A DNA stretch of 64,000 nucleotides from Podarcis muralis (lineage: Eukaryota): contig NC_135661.1 of assembly GCF_964188315.1 (NCBI RefSeq), forward strand, positions 73,656,001-73,720,000. The letters run 5' to 3'. Position 1 is the first letter of the stretch, and every line of letters starts with the position of its first letter. The notes under the pieces are model-generated. The model had not been told where the DNA came from. It worked only from the letters and a program-made list of their open reading frames with translations, and made no database searches. The position numbers and the translations under genes were made by a program. Below are positions 61,358-64,000 of this stretch, one piece after another.

Positions 61358-63230
61358 TATGACATAATAGGCATCACTGAAACCTGGTGGGATAAGTCCC
61401 ACGATTGGAATGTAATAATGGAGGGATACAATCTATTTCAGAGAAACAGACCAGACAAGAAAGGAGGAGGAGTGGCGTTATATGTCAGGGATGTGTATAC
61501 CTGTGAAGAGATCCAAGATTTAGAACCTCAAAGCCAAAATGAGAGCATTTGGGTCAAAATTAAGGGAGAGAAGAATAACAGAGACCTCATTGTGGGAGTT
61601 TACTATAGATCCCCAAGCCAAACGGAGGACATAGATGATGCCTTCCTGGAACAGATGGCCAAGCATGCAAAAGGAAGGGAGATAGTAGTAATGGGGGACT
61701 TCAATTACCCGGATATTTGTTGGATGTCAAACTCAGCCAAGAGCATAAGGTCAAACAGATTCCTCACTGGTCTTGCAGACAACTTCATTGTCCAGAAAGT
61801 GGGAGAAGCAACAAGAGGAACAGCCATTTTAGATCTGGTCCTAACAGGTGACTCATCTAATTATCGTGACCCAAATAATTATCGCCCAGTCAGTCTGACA
61901 TCAATACCAGGGAAGATTCTGGAGTAGATCATTAAGGAAACAGTCTGTGAGCACCTAGAAAGGAATGCTGTGATCACCAATAGTCAGCATGGATTGCTGA
62001 AAAATAAGTCATGTCAGACTAACCTGATCTCATTTTTTGACAGAATTACAAGCCTGGTAGATGAAGGGAACGCAGTGGATGTAGCCTACCTTGATTTCAG
62101 CAAGGCATTCGACAAGGTGCCCCATGATATTCTTGTAAAGAAGCTGGTAAAATGCGGCCTTGACTATGCTACCACTCAGTGGATTTGTAACTGGCTGACT
62201 GACCGAACCCAAAGGGTGCTCATCAATGGTTCCTCTTCATCCTGGAGAAGAGTGACTAGTGGGGTGCCACAGGGTTCTGTCTTATTCAACATCTTTATCA
62301 ACGACTTGGATGATGGACTCAAGGGCATCCTGATCAAATTTGCAGATGACACCAAACTGGGAGGGGTGGCTAACACCCCAGAGGACAGGATCACACTTCA
62401 AAACGACCTTGACAGATTAGAGAACTGGGCCAAAACAAACAAGATGAACTTTAATTGGGAGAAATGTAAAGTATTGCACTTGGGCAAAAAAAATGAGAGG
62501 TACAAATACAAGATGGGTGACACCTGGCTTGAGAGCAGTACATGTGAAAAGGATCTAGGAGTCTTGGCTGACCACAAACTTGACATGAGCCAACAGTGTG
62601 ACGCGGCAGCTAAAAAAGCCAATGCAATTCTGGGCTGCATCAATAGTAGGAGTATAGCATCTAGATCAAGGGAAGTAATAGTGCCACTGTATTCTGCTCT
62701 GGTCAGACCTCACCTGGAGTACTGTGTCCAGTTCTGGGCACCACAGTTCAAGAAGGACACTGACAAACTGGAACGTGTCCAGAGGAGGGCAACCAAAATG
62801 GTCAAAGGCCAGGAAACGATGCCTTATGAGGAACAGCTAAGGGAGCTGGGCATGTTTAGCCTGGAGAAGAGGAGGTTAAGGGGTGATATGATAGCCATGT
62901 TCAAATATATAAAAGGATGTCATATAGAGGAGGGAGAAAGGTTGTTTTCTGCTGCTCCAGAGAAGCGGACATGGAGCAATGGATCCAAACTACAAGAAAG
63001 AAGATTCCACCTAAACATTAGGAAGAACTTCCTGACAGTAAGAGCTGTTCGACAGTGGAATTTGCTGCCAAGGAGTGTGGTGGAGTCTCCTTCTTTGGAG
63101 GTCTTTAAGCAGAGGCTTGACAACCATATGTCAGGAGTGCTCTGATGGTGTTTCCTGCTTGGCAGGGGGTTGGACTCGATGGCCCTTGTGGTCTATTCCA
63201 ACTCTATGATTCTATGATTCTTCTATGATT
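61358..63230 (+). mobile_element. CR1 LINE ORF2 (AP-endonuclease + reverse transcriptase), internally deleted, one premature stop, intact 3' UTR and (ATTCTATG)n tail
   Basis: GITETWW...GVYYRSP...[12 protein letters not shown]...DLVLT fused to [13 protein letters not shown]; RT with [21 protein letters not shown]; TAG at 61925-61927. Confidence 0.95.
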
Positions 63231-63300
63231 CTTTGCTGCATGGATTGATAGGTATACATGTGTGTATGTGTGCTTGGTGGGCTGGGGTTAGAAAGCTAAC

Positions 63301-63536
63301 AGTGCAAGTAGATAAATAGGTACCACTGTGGCGGAAAGGTAAACGGCATTTCTGTGTGCTCTGGTTTCCTTCGCGGTGTTCCGTTGCACCAGAAGTGGTT
63401 TAGTCATGCTGGCCACATGACCTGGAAAGCTATCTGTGGACAAACACTGGCTCCCTTGGCCTGAAAGCGAGATGAACACCCCAACCTTTGACTGGACTTA
63501 CCTGTCCAGGGGCCCTTTACCTTTACCTTTACCTTT
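63301..63536 (+). mobile_element. 5'-truncated Sauria SINE
   Basis: AGTGCAAGTAGATAAATAGGTACC...(ACCTTT)n tail. Confidence 0.8.
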
Positions 63537-63723
63537 TAAGCAGTGTTCTGCTCCCATGATCTGACTGTGCTGCCATCCAGTTGTTGGAATGCTCCTTGAA
63601 GATATAAATACCTTTGGGACACATAATCCCTTAACATGGGATATGGCTTCTGAGCGTGACTGCTGTGAAGCTTCTGGGTCTTTTCACATTGCTGATTTTA
63701 TATATTCTTTCAGAGAAGAGAAC

Positions 63724-63829
63724 ATGTCTGAAACCATAAAGGAAAAGCTGGAAAATTACCGAACGGCTCCATTTGACAGCCAGTTCCCCAATCAAAACCA
63801 AACCCTGAACCGCTGGCAGAATTATCTTG
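63724..63829 (+). CDS. COX6B1: Cytochrome c oxidase subunit 6B1-like, first coding exon (gene continues beyond the window); conserved Cys and Arg substituted
   Basis: tctttcag acceptor (63713), then [35 protein letters not shown] + G/gtgagt. The 106-nt phase-1 CDS matches the COX6B1 first coding exon. Confidence 0.85.
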
Positions 63830-64000
63830 GTGAGTATAATTTATTTGTGTGAATTTTTGCATCCTTGGGTGAGTAATGAGAAACTAGGACTATTCATCAC
63901 CTGACATTTGAGTTGCCAGAGAAGTATAAAAAATGTAGTTGTCTTATTGTACCATGTCTGAACTTCCAAACTGTTGACTTTCACTATTGCAGGCAAGGTC

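Noticed and set aside
62030-63123. Minus-strand ORFs over the CR1 RT
   Set aside because: Antisense shadows of the CR1 ORF2 with no independent features.

Overview
Vertebrate genomic DNA from a squamate reptile, inferred from Sauria SINEs, BovB, CR1, L2, L1, Penelope and hAT/Tc1 MITEs; a lacertid-type lizard is a guess. The long ORFs in the track are mostly transposon remnants. Real genes were rebuilt by hand from splice sites and exon phases. Minus strand, left to right: (1) a 3'-incomplete alpha-tectorin-like gene (signal peptide, NIDO, Cys-rich linker, VWD; CDS 9431 to 498, running off the window). (2) A tandem paralog encoding a ~325-aa secreted NIDO-only protein with an acidic, His-containing tail (24795 to 17266). 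(3) A 6-exon SULT2-family gene with an intact 278-aa ORF whose PAPS-binding residues are systematically lost, a candidate pseudo-enzyme (46465 to 39697). (4) A canonical 284-aa SULT2B1-like sulfotransferase (56875 to 50202). Plus strand: the first coding exon of a COX6B1-like gene (63724-63829) with Cys30 to Arg and Arg20 to Gln changes. A truncated Penelope element with two inverted hammerhead-ribozyme motifs lies just downstream of gene 2. There is a 383-nt assembly gap at 25468-25850. No rRNA, true tRNA or CRISPR array was seen.
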